Part shown: in pieces, positions 45,916-57,541 of the stretch | How the letters are laid out: each line of letters begins with the position of its first letter | Numbering within the stretch: the stretch's first letter is position 1 | NCBI GenBank assembly: GCA_040005235.1 | Contig: JBDTZG010000002.1 | Span: 199,775-263,774, forward strand | Direction of reading: 5' to 3' | DNA: 64,000 bases | Origin: Acidobacteriota bacterium | Lineage (GTDB): Bacteria > Acidobacteriota > Thermoanaerobaculia > Multivoradales > UBA5704 | Notes under the pieces: generated by a model | Seen by the model: only the letters and a program-made list of their open reading frames with translations | Told to the model about the DNA's origin: nothing | Database searches by the model: none | Position numbers and translations under genes: made by a program

Positions 45916-46929
45916 TCAGTTCAGATGATCCCATCCGAGCGGCGGTAGCTTTCGGTTCGCCCCATCGAGCTGTATTTCGACCGCGCGATCCGATGTGATC
46001 CTGCCGATCTTCGTGCAGTTAAAGCCTGTCGGCGGCGCGTTTCGCGCCGGCAGGCTGAACAACAACACGTAGTCTTCGCCGCCGGACAGCGCGAGCTGCC
46101 GCGGATCTTCGCCGACCATTTCGCATAGATCGGAAAACCGCGAAGCGTAGGGCAGAGCCGCGGCATCGATCTCCGCGCCGACGTTCGATTCGTTGCAGAG
46201 CCGATGAAGGTCGCGCGCCAGGCCGTCTGAAACGTCGAGCGCCGCTACTCGCTTCAACTTCCCGAGCGCCGTTCCCAGCGCGAGCTGTGGGTGCGGTTCG
46301 ACGTGCCTGACGATCGCCCGCCGGGCGGCGGGAACCAGCGCCCGCGGAAGGGCGAGGTCTTTCGGCAGGATGACCCGATTCCTGACGTCGATCACCGCTC
46401 CGCGCGCGAGCAACTTTTGGCCGAGCGCCGATTCACCGAGCGTTCCGCCGACATATAAAAGGTCGCCCGCGCGGGCCGCGCTCCGCTTGAGCCAGCGTCC
46501 CCTGGCGGGACGCCGGCCGAGCAGCGTGAGGGTCGCGACCAGACCTTGGGGCAAGCAGGCGAGATCGCCGCCCGCGAGGGTGACGCCCACTTTTTCCATC
46601 GCCCGGACCAAAGACTCGAAGAAACGCCGCGCGTCGAATCCGGGAGATAGCGTCAGCGAAAGAAACGCCCAGGCGGGCACGGCGCCGCTTGCGGCAAGAT
46701 CCGAAAGATTGACCGCCAGCAGCCGGCGCGCGACGAGCGCAGGGTCGAGCCCGGCGAGAAAATGAATCCCTTCGATCTGGCTGTCCGTGGTGATCGCCCA
46801 GTGGCCGCCGAGCTTCAAGAACGCGGCGTCGTCGCCTATCGGGTTGGCCGCCTGGGCGCGCTCGACGCGGCGCCGGAGCCAGCCGATCAACCGATCTTCG
46901 GACTCCGGCGCCGTCGCTTCGAGCGACAT
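45916..46929 (-). CDS. thiL: Thiamine-monophosphate kinase
   Basis: IGDDAA, EGIHF, VNLSDLAASGA, LAGGD, DVSDGL, GGEDYVLLF. Confidence 0.93.
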   Translation of the reverse strand: MSLEATAPESEDRLIGWLRRRVERAQAANPIGDDAAFLKLGGHWAITTDSQIEGIHFLAGLDPALVARRLLAVNLSDLAASGAVPAWAFLSLTLSPGFDARRFFESLVRAMEKVGVTLAGGDLACLPQGLVATLTLLGRRPARGRWLKRSAARAGDLLYVGGTLGESALGQKLLARGAVIDVRNRVILPKDLALPRALVPAARRAIVRHVEPHPQLALGTALGKLKRVAALDVSDGLARDLHRLCNESNVGAEIDAAALPYASRFSDLCEMVGEDPRQLALSGGEDYVLLFSLPARNAPPTGFNCTKIGRITSDRAVEIQLDGANRKLPPLGWDHLN

Positions 46930-46932
46930 GGC

Positions 46933-49436
<2,504 letters not shown>

Positions 49437-49440
<4 letters not shown>

Positions 49441-49934
49441 CCCGCCTCCTCGCCGCTCACCGGCACGGCGACCGGCGCGGCACCCGCCGCCGGAGCGCTC
49501 GCTTCTTCGATCGGCACCGGGCGGGCCGCCAGGCGCTTCTCTTCGACCTTGGGGAACTCCACGGCGAGCAGACCGTCGGTCAGACGGGCGCGCCCTTGAT
49601 GGCTATTGACCGGAACGAACAATTGTACCTCGCGGCGAAAACGTCCATGCGCACGCTCGATGCGCTGGAATCGGATCTTGTCGGCTGGCAGCGGCGTCAT
49701 CTTGATTCCTGAGATAGCAACTCTCGTGCCGCGAACTTCGATCTTGATGTCCTCGGGAGCCAGCCCCGGCACCTCGACCAGGATCAGGATCGACTCGGCG
49801 GTTTCCACGATGTCGAGCTCGGGGCACCACTCGGTCCCGGGGTCGGCGCCCAGCTCCAGCGCCTCGGTAAACAGGCGCTCCATCTCGGTGTGAAAGCGGG
49901 AGATCAGCTCGATCGACGCGATCCGTTTCGCCAC
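49437..49934 (-). CDS. Hsp20/alpha-crystallin small heat-shock protein
   Basis: PELDIVET, EVPGL, ERAHGRFRR, DGLLAVEFPK. Confidence 0.9.
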
Positions 49935-49937
49935 GGG

Positions 49938-50399
49938 CTACTCCTCTTCCTGACGCTGGAGTGTCTGGATCACGTCGGTGAAGGAACCGAGGTCCTCGAA
50001 GCGGCGGTAGACCGAGGCGAAACGGACGTAGGCCACCTGATCGAGCTCGCGCAGCCTTTCCATCACGAAGCCGCCGATGTCGCGGGTCGAGATCTCGCGA
50101 TCCTCGCGGTCGTGGAGCAGGGTCTCGGCGTCGTCGGCGATCTTTTCGAGCTGTTTGCCCGACACCGGCCGCTTCTCGCACGCCCGGTAGAGGCCGGAGA
50201 GCAGCTTCTTGCGGCTGAACTCCTCGCGCCGGCCGTCGTGCTTGACCACCATGTAGGGAATGCCTTCGATCTGCTCGTAGGAGGTGAAGCGCCGGCCGCA
50301 GCCGAGGCATTCGCGGCGCCGGCGGATCACGTCGCCGTCTCGGCTTTCGCGCGAATCGACCACCCGATCGCGGTTCTCGGAGCAGAAGGGGCACCTCAT
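49938..50399 (-). CDS. nrdR: Transcriptional repressor NrdR
   Basis: MRCPFC, RRRRECLGCGRRFTSYE, AYVRFASVYRRF. Confidence 0.97.
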   Translation of the reverse strand: MRCPFCSENRDRVVDSRESRDGDVIRRRRECLGCGRRFTSYEQIEGIPYMVVKHDGRREEFSRKKLLSGLYRACEKRPVSGKQLEKIADDAETLLHDREDREISTRDIGGFVMERLRELDQVAYVRFASVYRRFEDLGSFTDVIQTLQRQEEE

Positions 50400-50409
50400 G
50401 GGCGCTCGG

Positions 50410-51741
50410 TCATTCCTTCGCGTGGAGCGCGATGTTCAACCGCAGCAGCACGCGCTCCAGCGTTCCGGCGTCGCGGATGTCGACCTCCAGATCGCGCACC
50501 GCATCCATCACCCGGTGTTCTTCGTCCTCGACCTGAAAACTGACCAGGAAGCGGCGTGCCCGGGCGAAATCCGCCTTCTTGAGCGTCAGATCGATCGAGC
50601 GCGACAGCTCGCCCCGGCCGTTCCGTTGCGCGGCGGCCGCGGTGATCGGCGCAGCGGCGGCCCCCGGGATCGCTCCGGTCGGAACGGTCGGAGGGGTGGC
50701 GGTGTCGGGCGCGGGCCGCGAGGCCACTGCGGCGCGCGGCGCGGGGCTCGCTCCGGGGCGCGAGGGGCCAGCCGCTTCGCGGCGGATCTTTTCGAGCTCG
50801 GACAATACGTCCACGGTCCGCCGGGCGCCGGTGGTCGATCCGACTCTACTCGAGGTCGCCGGGTGGGGTGGCGGCGCTGCGGCCGCGCCGCCCGTACCGA
50901 CCGGGGAGATCGGCGCGGGGCGCGGCGCCAAGGGGGGGGGAGCCGGCGCCTGGAGCGGGGGAGGCGCGGGAGCGTCCTGCTGCGCGGCCCGCTGAGCCGG
51001 GGGCAAGGAAGGCGAGACAGGTTGCGACGAAGGCGAAAGGGGCACCTGGGGCACCTGGGTGCCGGTGGCCGTCGGAAAGGGAACCACCGGCTTGGGCAGC
51101 GGCGGAGGGGCCGGTCGGCCGCCGGCGGCCGGAGCCTGGGCCTCGCCGGGCCGGCCGAGCCGCTTCTTGAGCGACATCAGCGTCAGCTTGGAGATCCCTT
51201 TGAGCGTTTCGAACACGCCCTGGCCGAGGGGGGCCGCGGACTCGAAGTGCAGCCAGCCGTTGCGATTCAGGCTCCGGTTCATCTCGTCGACGGTGCAGAT
51301 GTCCGGCAGGTCGCGCTTGTTGTATTGCAGCACCAGGGGCAGGCTGTCGGAGGAGAGGCCCATCTCGGCCAGGTTCTCCTCCAGGTTACGGAACGACTCC
51401 TGGTTCGCCTGGAGCATCGCGCGCTGCGAATCGGCGACGAAGACGACGCCGTCCACCCCCTTCAAGACCAGCTTGCGGGTGGTGTTGTAGAAAACCTGCC
51501 CGGGAACCGTGTAGAGCTGGATGCGGGTCGAGAAGCCGGCGATCGTGCCGACGTCGATCGGCAACAGGTCGAAGAACAGCGTCCGGTCGGTCTCGGTTTC
51601 GAGCGACACCATCTCGCCGCGCGAGTCTCCGGCCGTGTGTTTATAGATGTAATGAAGGTTTGTCGTTTTTCCACAGAGACCCGGGCCGTAGTACACGACC
51701 TTGGCCGCCATCTGCATTGTGCTGTAGTTGAAGAAAACCAT
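50410..51741 (-). CDS. MglA-like small GTPase with Pro/Ala-rich linker and C-terminal domain
   Basis: KVVYYGPGLCGKTTNL, ETDRTLFFD, YTVPGQVFY, YNKRD match the MglA family; ~250-aa extension. Confidence 0.9.
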   Translation of the reverse strand: MVFFNYSTMQMAAKVVYYGPGLCGKTTNLHYIYKHTAGDSRGEMVSLETETDRTLFFDLLPIDVGTIAGFSTRIQLYTVPGQVFYNTTRKLVLKGVDGVVFVADSQRAMLQANQESFRNLEENLAEMGLSSDSLPLVLQYNKRDLPDICTVDEMNRSLNRNGWLHFESAAPLGQGVFETLKGISKLTLMSLKKRLGRPGEAQAPAAGGRPAPPPLPKPVVPFPTATGTQVPQVPLSPSSQPVSPSLPPAQRAAQQDAPAPPPLQAPAPPPLAPRPAPISPVGTGGAAAAPPPHPATSSRVGSTTGARRTVDVLSELEKIRREAAGPSRPGASPAPRAAVASRPAPDTATPPTVPTGAIPGAAAAPITAAAAQRNGRGELSRSIDLTLKKADFARARRFLVSFQVEDEEHRVMDAVRDLEVDIRDAGTLERVLLRLNIALHAKE

Positions 51742-51796
51742 ATTCCGGCCGACCTCTGGGACGGGGCTGGTGAGCATAGCACCAATGACGGGAGGT

Positions 51797-52636
51797 TCAT
51801 TCCTCTTCCAACTCGGCCAACAGTTGGCGGTGGGCGGGGCCGGCCAAGGCTACCCGGTCCCGCTGCCGGAGCGTCTCGGCCAGGAGGCCGCGGACCCAGG
51901 GGGCCATCTCGGGGGCGATTTCGCCCAAGCCGGCGAGCTGGGCGAGCAGGGTGTCGCGGTCGCCGCGCGCCGCCGGCCCGGTGATCGCCCGGGCCGGATC
52001 GGTCGCCTCTCGGGCGGCTTCGACCGCGCCGCGCGCCAGCTCTAGGTAGCCGGAGACGACCCCCGCCGGCAGCTCAAGCCGCCCCGCGAGGTCGGCCGCG
52101 GCGGCCAGGAGGGTGGTGACACCGCCCGCCGCAAGGCTCGCCGCGAAGTGGTAGAGCCGGCGGGCTTCTCCCGGGATCACGCCGCTTTGAGCGCCCCAGG
52201 CCGCCGCGAGCCGGGCGCCGAGCGCCACCGCTGCCGGCTCGCCGTCGAGGCCGAAAAAGATCCCGTGCGCCTCGGCCGGGTCGGGCCGTGCGGTCGGGAA
52301 CGCTTTGAGCGGATGGAACGAACCGACCGCCGAGCCATTTGCGGCAACCGGCGCGAGCGCCTGGGAGGTCCGGCTGCCCGAGGTGTGAAGGACCACCGCC
52401 GCCTGCGGCCTGCGGCCGAGCGAGGCGGCCACCGCGTCGAGAGCGCCGTCCGGCACCGCCACGAGCAGGAGATCCTGCCCGGTGGTCGACAGGGTCGACA
52501 GCTCGGAATCGCGTCCGAGGACACCGAGCTGCCGGGCGCCGGCCGCCGTCGCCCAGGCCGCGAGGCTCGACCCGACTCGCCCCGGGCCGACCAGGGAGAA
52601 GGTGAGATTCGCGAGCTGTCGGTCGAAAGGAGTCAC
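51797..52636 (-). CDS. Rossmann-like + DUF2520 oxidoreductase
   Basis: VGPGRVG, VLHTSGS, FHPLKAF, YHFAA, ITGPAARGD. Confidence 0.88.
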   Translation of the reverse strand: MTPFDRQLANLTFSLVGPGRVGSSLAAWATAAGARQLGVLGRDSELSTLSTTGQDLLLVAVPDGALDAVAASLGRRPQAAVVLHTSGSRTSQALAPVAANGSAVGSFHPLKAFPTARPDPAEAHGIFFGLDGEPAAVALGARLAAAWGAQSGVIPGEARRLYHFAASLAAGGVTTLLAAAADLAGRLELPAGVVSGYLELARGAVEAAREATDPARAITGPAARGDRDTLLAQLAGLGEIAPEMAPWVRGLLAETLRQRDRVALAGPAHRQLLAELEEE

Positions 52637-52731
52637 TGAGCTACAATATGGGCGCTTTTCGATGCATGGCAAGAGGCGCATGCCCGGCCCGGAACGTTCT
52701 GATCTTCCAGAAGATAACCCACCCCCACGCC

Positions 52732-53811
52732 ATGGCCGACCGAACCGATCCCAAGAAACTCGTCCCGCAGCTTACGCCGCGGGATCGCGAGATCCTGAAG
52801 CAGGTGGTCGCCACCTACGTGCTTTCGGCCGAGCCGGTCTCCTCCCGTTCGGTCGCCAAGCAGGCCGATCTGGGCCTTTCGGCGGCGACCATCCGGAACG
52901 TCATGGCCGACCTCGAAGAGTGGGGCTACCTCGCCCAGCCACACACCTCGGCCGGCCGGGTGCCGACGCGGATCGCCTACCACCTGTTCATCGAGTCGCT
53001 GATGGACGTCCGCAGAGTCCCCGCCTGGCAGCGGCGCTACATTGAGGACCACCTCGGCACGGCACCGGGCGATCCGGAGCAGATCATGAGCTCCGCCTCG
53101 CACCTCTTGTCCGAGCTGTCGCATCAGGTCGGCCTGGTGGTGACGCCATCGATCGCCGAGACCGTCCTTTCCTCGGTCGAGTTCGTGCCGCTCTCGGGCC
53201 GCAAGGTGCTATGCGTCCTGATCTCCACCTCCGGGTTCACCGAAACCAAGGTGATCGAGGTGCCGGAGGTGATCCCGCGCGAGGAGCTGGTCCGGATCTC
53301 CAATTACCTGACCGAGAACTTCACGGGTGCGTCGATCCGCGAGGCGCGCGACCGGCTGCTTCGCATGCTGGCCGACGAGCGCGCCCAAATGGACCGCCAG
53401 CTCGCGCTCGCGATCGAGCTGGCCAAGCACGCGCTCGAAATTCCTTCCGGCCCCGGCGTGTTGGTGGACGGTGCGTCCGAGCTCTTGGCCCAGCCGGAGC
53501 TGGCCGACATCGGCAGGGTACGGCGGATGTTCGACACCTTCGCCGACAAGGCGCGGTTGGTGTCGATCCTGTCCCGTTGTTTGCAAGGGGGCGGGGTACG
53601 GGTGTGGATCGGCGCCGACAGCGACCTCACCTCGGAGCTCGACTTCAGCCTGGTCGCCACCACCTATGGCCTCGGCGAGAGGCCGCTCGGCACGCTCGGC
53701 ATCCTCGGGCCGTCGCGGATGGAGTACGAAAAAGTAATTCCGCTGGTCGACTTTCTGGGCGAAGCGCTGTCGCGCGCGCTCGGCGAGACGATCGGCGGCA
53801 GGATCGATTGA
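52732..53811 (+). CDS. hrcA: Heat-inducible transcription repressor HrcA
   Basis: EPVSSR, SAATIRNVMADLEEWGYLAQPHTSAGRVPT, LGPSRMEY. Confidence 0.96.
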   Translation: MADRTDPKKLVPQLTPRDREILKQVVATYVLSAEPVSSRSVAKQADLGLSAATIRNVMADLEEWGYLAQPHTSAGRVPTRIAYHLFIESLMDVRRVPAWQRRYIEDHLGTAPGDPEQIMSSASHLLSELSHQVGLVVTPSIAETVLSSVEFVPLSGRKVLCVLISTSGFTETKVIEVPEVIPREELVRISNYLTENFTGASIREARDRLLRMLADERAQMDRQLALAIELAKHALEIPSGPGVLVDGASELLAQPELADIGRVRRMFDTFADKARLVSILSRCLQGGGVRVWIGADSDLTSELDFSLVATTYGLGERPLGTLGILGPSRMEYEKVIPLVDFLGEALSRALGETIGGRID

Positions 53812-53825
53812 CGGGAGCTTAAAGA

Positions 53826-54497
53826 ATGGCGAACGACGAAATGAACGATAGCGGGGCCGGCCGGCCGGCCGAGCTGGATTTGGATCTGGACGACGACATG
53901 AACGACGACGTCGCGGCGGCGATCCGCCAGGCGGTGGCGGCGGTCGAAGGGGTGGAGGCCGCCAAGAGCGCCGGCCGTCCGGACGGCGCCGCGGACCTGG
54001 CGACGGAGAACGCCGCGTTGAAGCGCGAGGTGGAAGAGCTGCGCTCCCGCTCGGTGCGCACGCTCGCCGATTTCGACAACTTCCGGAAACGCAACGAGCG
54101 CGAGCGCGACGAGATCCGGCGCTACGCCGCGACCGAGGCGATCCGCGAGTTCGTGGGTGTGGTGGACAACCTCGAACGCGCCTTGACCGCGGGGGGGACG
54201 GCCGACGACTTGAAGCGCGGTGTCGAGCTGATCGCCCGGCAGATGCAGGAGTCCCTGCGCCGCGTGGGCGTCCAAGAGGTGGCGGCCGAAGGGGCGCCGT
54301 TCGACCCGGCGGTTCACGAGGCGGTGTCGCGCGAGGAAAGCGCCGCGGTGACCTCGCCGACGGTGATCGCGGCCTTTCAGCGCGGTTACCTCCTGTACGA
54401 CCGGCTGCTCCGGCCGGCGATGGTCCGCGTCGCGGTGCCGATCGAAAAGCCGGGGGCGGCAGCGAACGCCGTGGGTCCGGAGGCGGGCGAAGCGTGA
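53826..54497 (+). CDS. grpE: Nucleotide exchange factor GrpE
   Basis: ADFDNFRKR, DNLERAL, FDPAVHEA, RLLRPAMVRV. Confidence 0.95.
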   Translation: MANDEMNDSGAGRPAELDLDLDDDMNDDVAAAIRQAVAAVEGVEAAKSAGRPDGAADLATENAALKREVEELRSRSVRTLADFDNFRKRNERERDEIRRYAATEAIREFVGVVDNLERALTAGGTADDLKRGVELIARQMQESLRRVGVQEVAAEGAPFDPAVHEAVSREESAAVTSPTVIAAFQRGYLLYDRLLRPAMVRVAVPIEKPGAAANAVGPEAGEA

Positions 54498-54556
54498 TCC
54501 GAAGACTCAAAGACAGCCGTGCATCGCGCGCCGGACGCGAGGGGAGGGGGTAGGCG

Positions 54557-56383
54557 TTGAGCAAGATCCTGGGCATCGACCTCGGCACCACGAACAGCTG
54601 CGTCGCGATCGTCGAGGCGTTGGCGCCGCGCGTGCTCGCCAACCGCGAAGGGAGCCGCACGACCCCGTCGATCGTCGCGTTCGCCGAAGAGGGGGACCGT
54701 CTGGTGGGCCAGATCGCCAAGCGCCAGGCGATCACCAACCCGCAGAACACGATCTTCGCGGTGAAGCGGCTGATCGGCCGGAAACACGGCTCGCCCGAGG
54801 TGTCGCGCGCCCGCGAGGTGCTCCCCTACAACCTCGTGCCGTCGAACAACGGCGACGTCAAGATCGAGATCCGCGACCGCAACTACAGCCCGGAGGAGAT
54901 CTCGGCGTTCGTCCTGCGCGAGATCAAGGAGTTCTGCGAGGAGACGCTCGGCGAGCCGATCCGCGAAGCGGTGATCACCGTGCCCGCCTACTTCGACGAC
55001 TCGCAGCGCCAGGCGACCAAAGACGCCGGCCGGATCGCCGGGCTCGAGGTGCTGCGGATCTTGAACGAGCCGACCGCGGCGGCGCTCGCCTACGGGCTCG
55101 ACAAGACCCAGGTGGGCAAGAAGATCGCGGTCTACGACCTTGGGGGAGGCACGTTCGACGTCTCGGTGCTGGAGCTGGCTCAGGGGGTGTTCGAAGTGCG
55201 CTCGACCGCCGGCGACACCTACCTCGGCGGCGAGGACTTCGACCTCAAGATCATGGACTGGCTGATCGAAGAGTTCCAATCCGAGACCGGAATCGACCTG
55301 CGCCACGACCGCATGGCCCTCCAGCGACTGAAGGAAGGGGCCGAGCGCGCCAAGTGCGAGCTGTCCAACGGCGAAGAGGCGTCGATCAACCTGCCGTTCA
55401 TCTCGGCCGACGAGAACGGCCCGCGCCATCTGGCGCGCACCCTTACGCGCAGCCATTTCGAGCAATTGGTCCACGAGCTGGTCGAACGAACCGAAGGACC
55501 CTGCCTGGACGCCTTGCACTCCGCGTCCTTACGCGCCGACCAGATCGACGAGGTGCTCTTGGTCGGCGGCCAGACCCGCACGCCGCTCGTGATGCGCACG
55601 GTGGAAAGGATCTTCGGCCGGTCGCCGAACCGCGAGATCAACCCGGACGAGGTGGTGGCGATCGGCGCCGCGATCCAGGGCGGCATCCTGCGCGGCGACA
55701 TCAAGGACCTCGTTCTGCTCGACGTCACGCCGCTCTCGATCGGCGTCGAGACCCACGGCGGTCTGTTCACCAAGCTGATCGAGCGTAACTCGACGATCCC
55801 GACCAAGAACACGCAGATCTTCACCACCGTCGCCGACAACCAGGACACGGTGGCGATTCACGCTCTCCAGGGCGAACGGCAGTTCGCGGCGGAAAACCGC
55901 TCGCTCGGCCGGTTCGAGTTGGTGGGTATTTCGGCCGCGCCGCGCGGCACGCCGCAGATCGAGGTCACGTTCGCGATCGATTCGAACGGCATCGTCTCCG
56001 TGACAGCGCGCGACCTGTCGACCAACCTCACCCAAAGCATCCAGATCAATCCGGCCGGCGGTCTCTCCGAAGGGGAGATCAAGCGGCTGGTCGACGAGGC
56101 CGAAAACAACGCCAAGAGCGATGCCGAAAGGCGCGAAATCCGCCAGCTCAAAAATCGGCTCGAAGGGCTGATCTACAGCAACGAAAAAGTTTTCGAACAG
56201 TTCAGCGACATGCTCCCGGACGACGATCGCCAGCGCATTCACGACGCGATCCTCCAGGCGCGGGTGGCGATCTCCAACGAACAGCGGGCGGACATCGAGG
56301 GGGCGCTGTATGACCTCACCTCGGTTTCGCGCGTGCTTTCCGACGCCATGCTGAATCGCGCCTCGGGCACGTCCGAGATCTAA
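54557..56383 (+). CDS. dnaK: Hsp70 chaperone DnaK
   Basis: [43 protein letters not shown]; TTG start. Confidence 0.96.
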   Translation: MSKILGIDLGTTNSCVAIVEALAPRVLANREGSRTTPSIVAFAEEGDRLVGQIAKRQAITNPQNTIFAVKRLIGRKHGSPEVSRAREVLPYNLVPSNNGDVKIEIRDRNYSPEEISAFVLREIKEFCEETLGEPIREAVITVPAYFDDSQRQATKDAGRIAGLEVLRILNEPTAAALAYGLDKTQVGKKIAVYDLGGGTFDVSVLELAQGVFEVRSTAGDTYLGGEDFDLKIMDWLIEEFQSETGIDLRHDRMALQRLKEGAERAKCELSNGEEASINLPFISADENGPRHLARTLTRSHFEQLVHELVERTEGPCLDALHSASLRADQIDEVLLVGGQTRTPLVMRTVERIFGRSPNREINPDEVVAIGAAIQGGILRGDIKDLVLLDVTPLSIGVETHGGLFTKLIERNSTIPTKNTQIFTTVADNQDTVAIHALQGERQFAAENRSLGRFELVGISAAPRGTPQIEVTFAIDSNGIVSVTARDLSTNLTQSIQINPAGGLSEGEIKRLVDEAENNAKSDAERREIRQLKNRLEGLIYSNEKVFEQFSDMLPDDDRQRIHDAILQARVAISNEQRADIEGALYDLTSVSRVLSDAMLNRASGTSEI

Positions 56384-56424
56384 AGTCGGCCGGCACGGGC
56401 CAGAAATAGGGAATAGGGATACGG

Positions 56425-57531
56425 ATGGCGAAGCGGGACTATTACGAAGTGCTCGGCGTCGCGCGCGACGCGGGCGAAAAAGAAATCAAATCGGCGTACC
56501 GGAAGCTCGCCATCCAATACCACCCGGACAAGAACCCGGGCGATGCGGCAGCGGAAGAGACGTTCAAGGAAGCGGCCGAGGCGTACTCGATCCTCTCGGA
56601 CGAGGACAAGCGTCAGCGCTACGACCGGTTCGGTCACCAGGGCGTGCAGGGGGCGGGAGCCGCCGGTTTCGATCCCAGCACGTTCGGCGATTTCGCCGAC
56701 ATCCTGGGCGACCTGTTCGGGTTCGGCCGGCGCTCCGGAGGCTCGGCCGGGGGACCGCAGCGCGGCGCCGACCTGCGCTACGACCTGGAGCTGACGTTCG
56801 AAGAGGCGGCGTTCGGCAGCGACCAGAAGCTGCGCGTGCCGCGCCTGGAGAAATGCGATACGTGCAGCGGCTCGGGAAGCGCCTCGGGCAAGGCGCCGGT
56901 TCCCTGCTCCGCCTGCGGCGGGCGCGGCCAAGTGCGAGTCTCCCAAGGGTTTTTGACCTTCGCGAGCCCCTGTCCACAATGCCGCGGCGAGGGACGGGTG
57001 ATCTCCGATCCGTGCCGGGACTGCCGCGGCGCGGGCCGGGTCGAAAAGGAGCGGACGCTCGAAGTGCGAATCCCCGCCGGGGTCGACACCGGCAGCCGGA
57101 TGCGCCTGATCGGCGAGGGCGAGCAGGGCCGCCTCGGCGGTCCCACCGGCGATCTCTACGTGGTGATTTCGGTCAAGGCCCATCCGCGTTTCGAGCGCGA
57201 CGGCGCCACGGTTTTTTCGCGCCACAAGATCTCCTATCCCCAGGCGGTGCTGGGCGCCAAGGTCGAAGTCGAGACGATCCACGGCACGACCTCGCTCGAC
57301 ATTCCCGCGGGCACCCAGAACGGCAAGGATTTTCATCTGCGCGGCCAGGGGATCGAACGGGTTCACGGCGGCGGCAAAGGCGAGCACGTGGTGGTGGTCG
57401 ATCTGGGCGTGCCGAACCCGCGGGATCTCGGCGAGGAGGAGCTCGATCTGCTCCGCCGCCTCGCGGCCCTGGCGGGGGACGACGTCAAAGAGCCGAGCGT
57501 GCTGGACAAGGTAAAGAACCTGTTCAGTTGA
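56425..57531 (+). CDS. dnaJ: Chaperone DnaJ
   Basis: J domain with HPD, G/F-rich region, four CxxCxGxG motifs. Confidence 0.96.
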   Translation: MAKRDYYEVLGVARDAGEKEIKSAYRKLAIQYHPDKNPGDAAAEETFKEAAEAYSILSDEDKRQRYDRFGHQGVQGAGAAGFDPSTFGDFADILGDLFGFGRRSGGSAGGPQRGADLRYDLELTFEEAAFGSDQKLRVPRLEKCDTCSGSGSASGKAPVPCSACGGRGQVRVSQGFLTFASPCPQCRGEGRVISDPCRDCRGAGRVEKERTLEVRIPAGVDTGSRMRLIGEGEQGRLGGPTGDLYVVISVKAHPRFERDGATVFSRHKISYPQAVLGAKVEVETIHGTTSLDIPAGTQNGKDFHLRGQGIERVHGGGKGEHVVVVDLGVPNPRDLGEEELDLLRRLAALAGDDVKEPSVLDKVKNLFS

Positions 57532-57541
57532 AATCGCTCCC

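Noticed and set aside
51775-51800. TAGCAC half-site as CIRCE upstream of the mglA-like operon
   Set aside because: No matching right half at 9-nt spacing; it coincides with an extended -10 (TGCTATGCT) on the minus strand.
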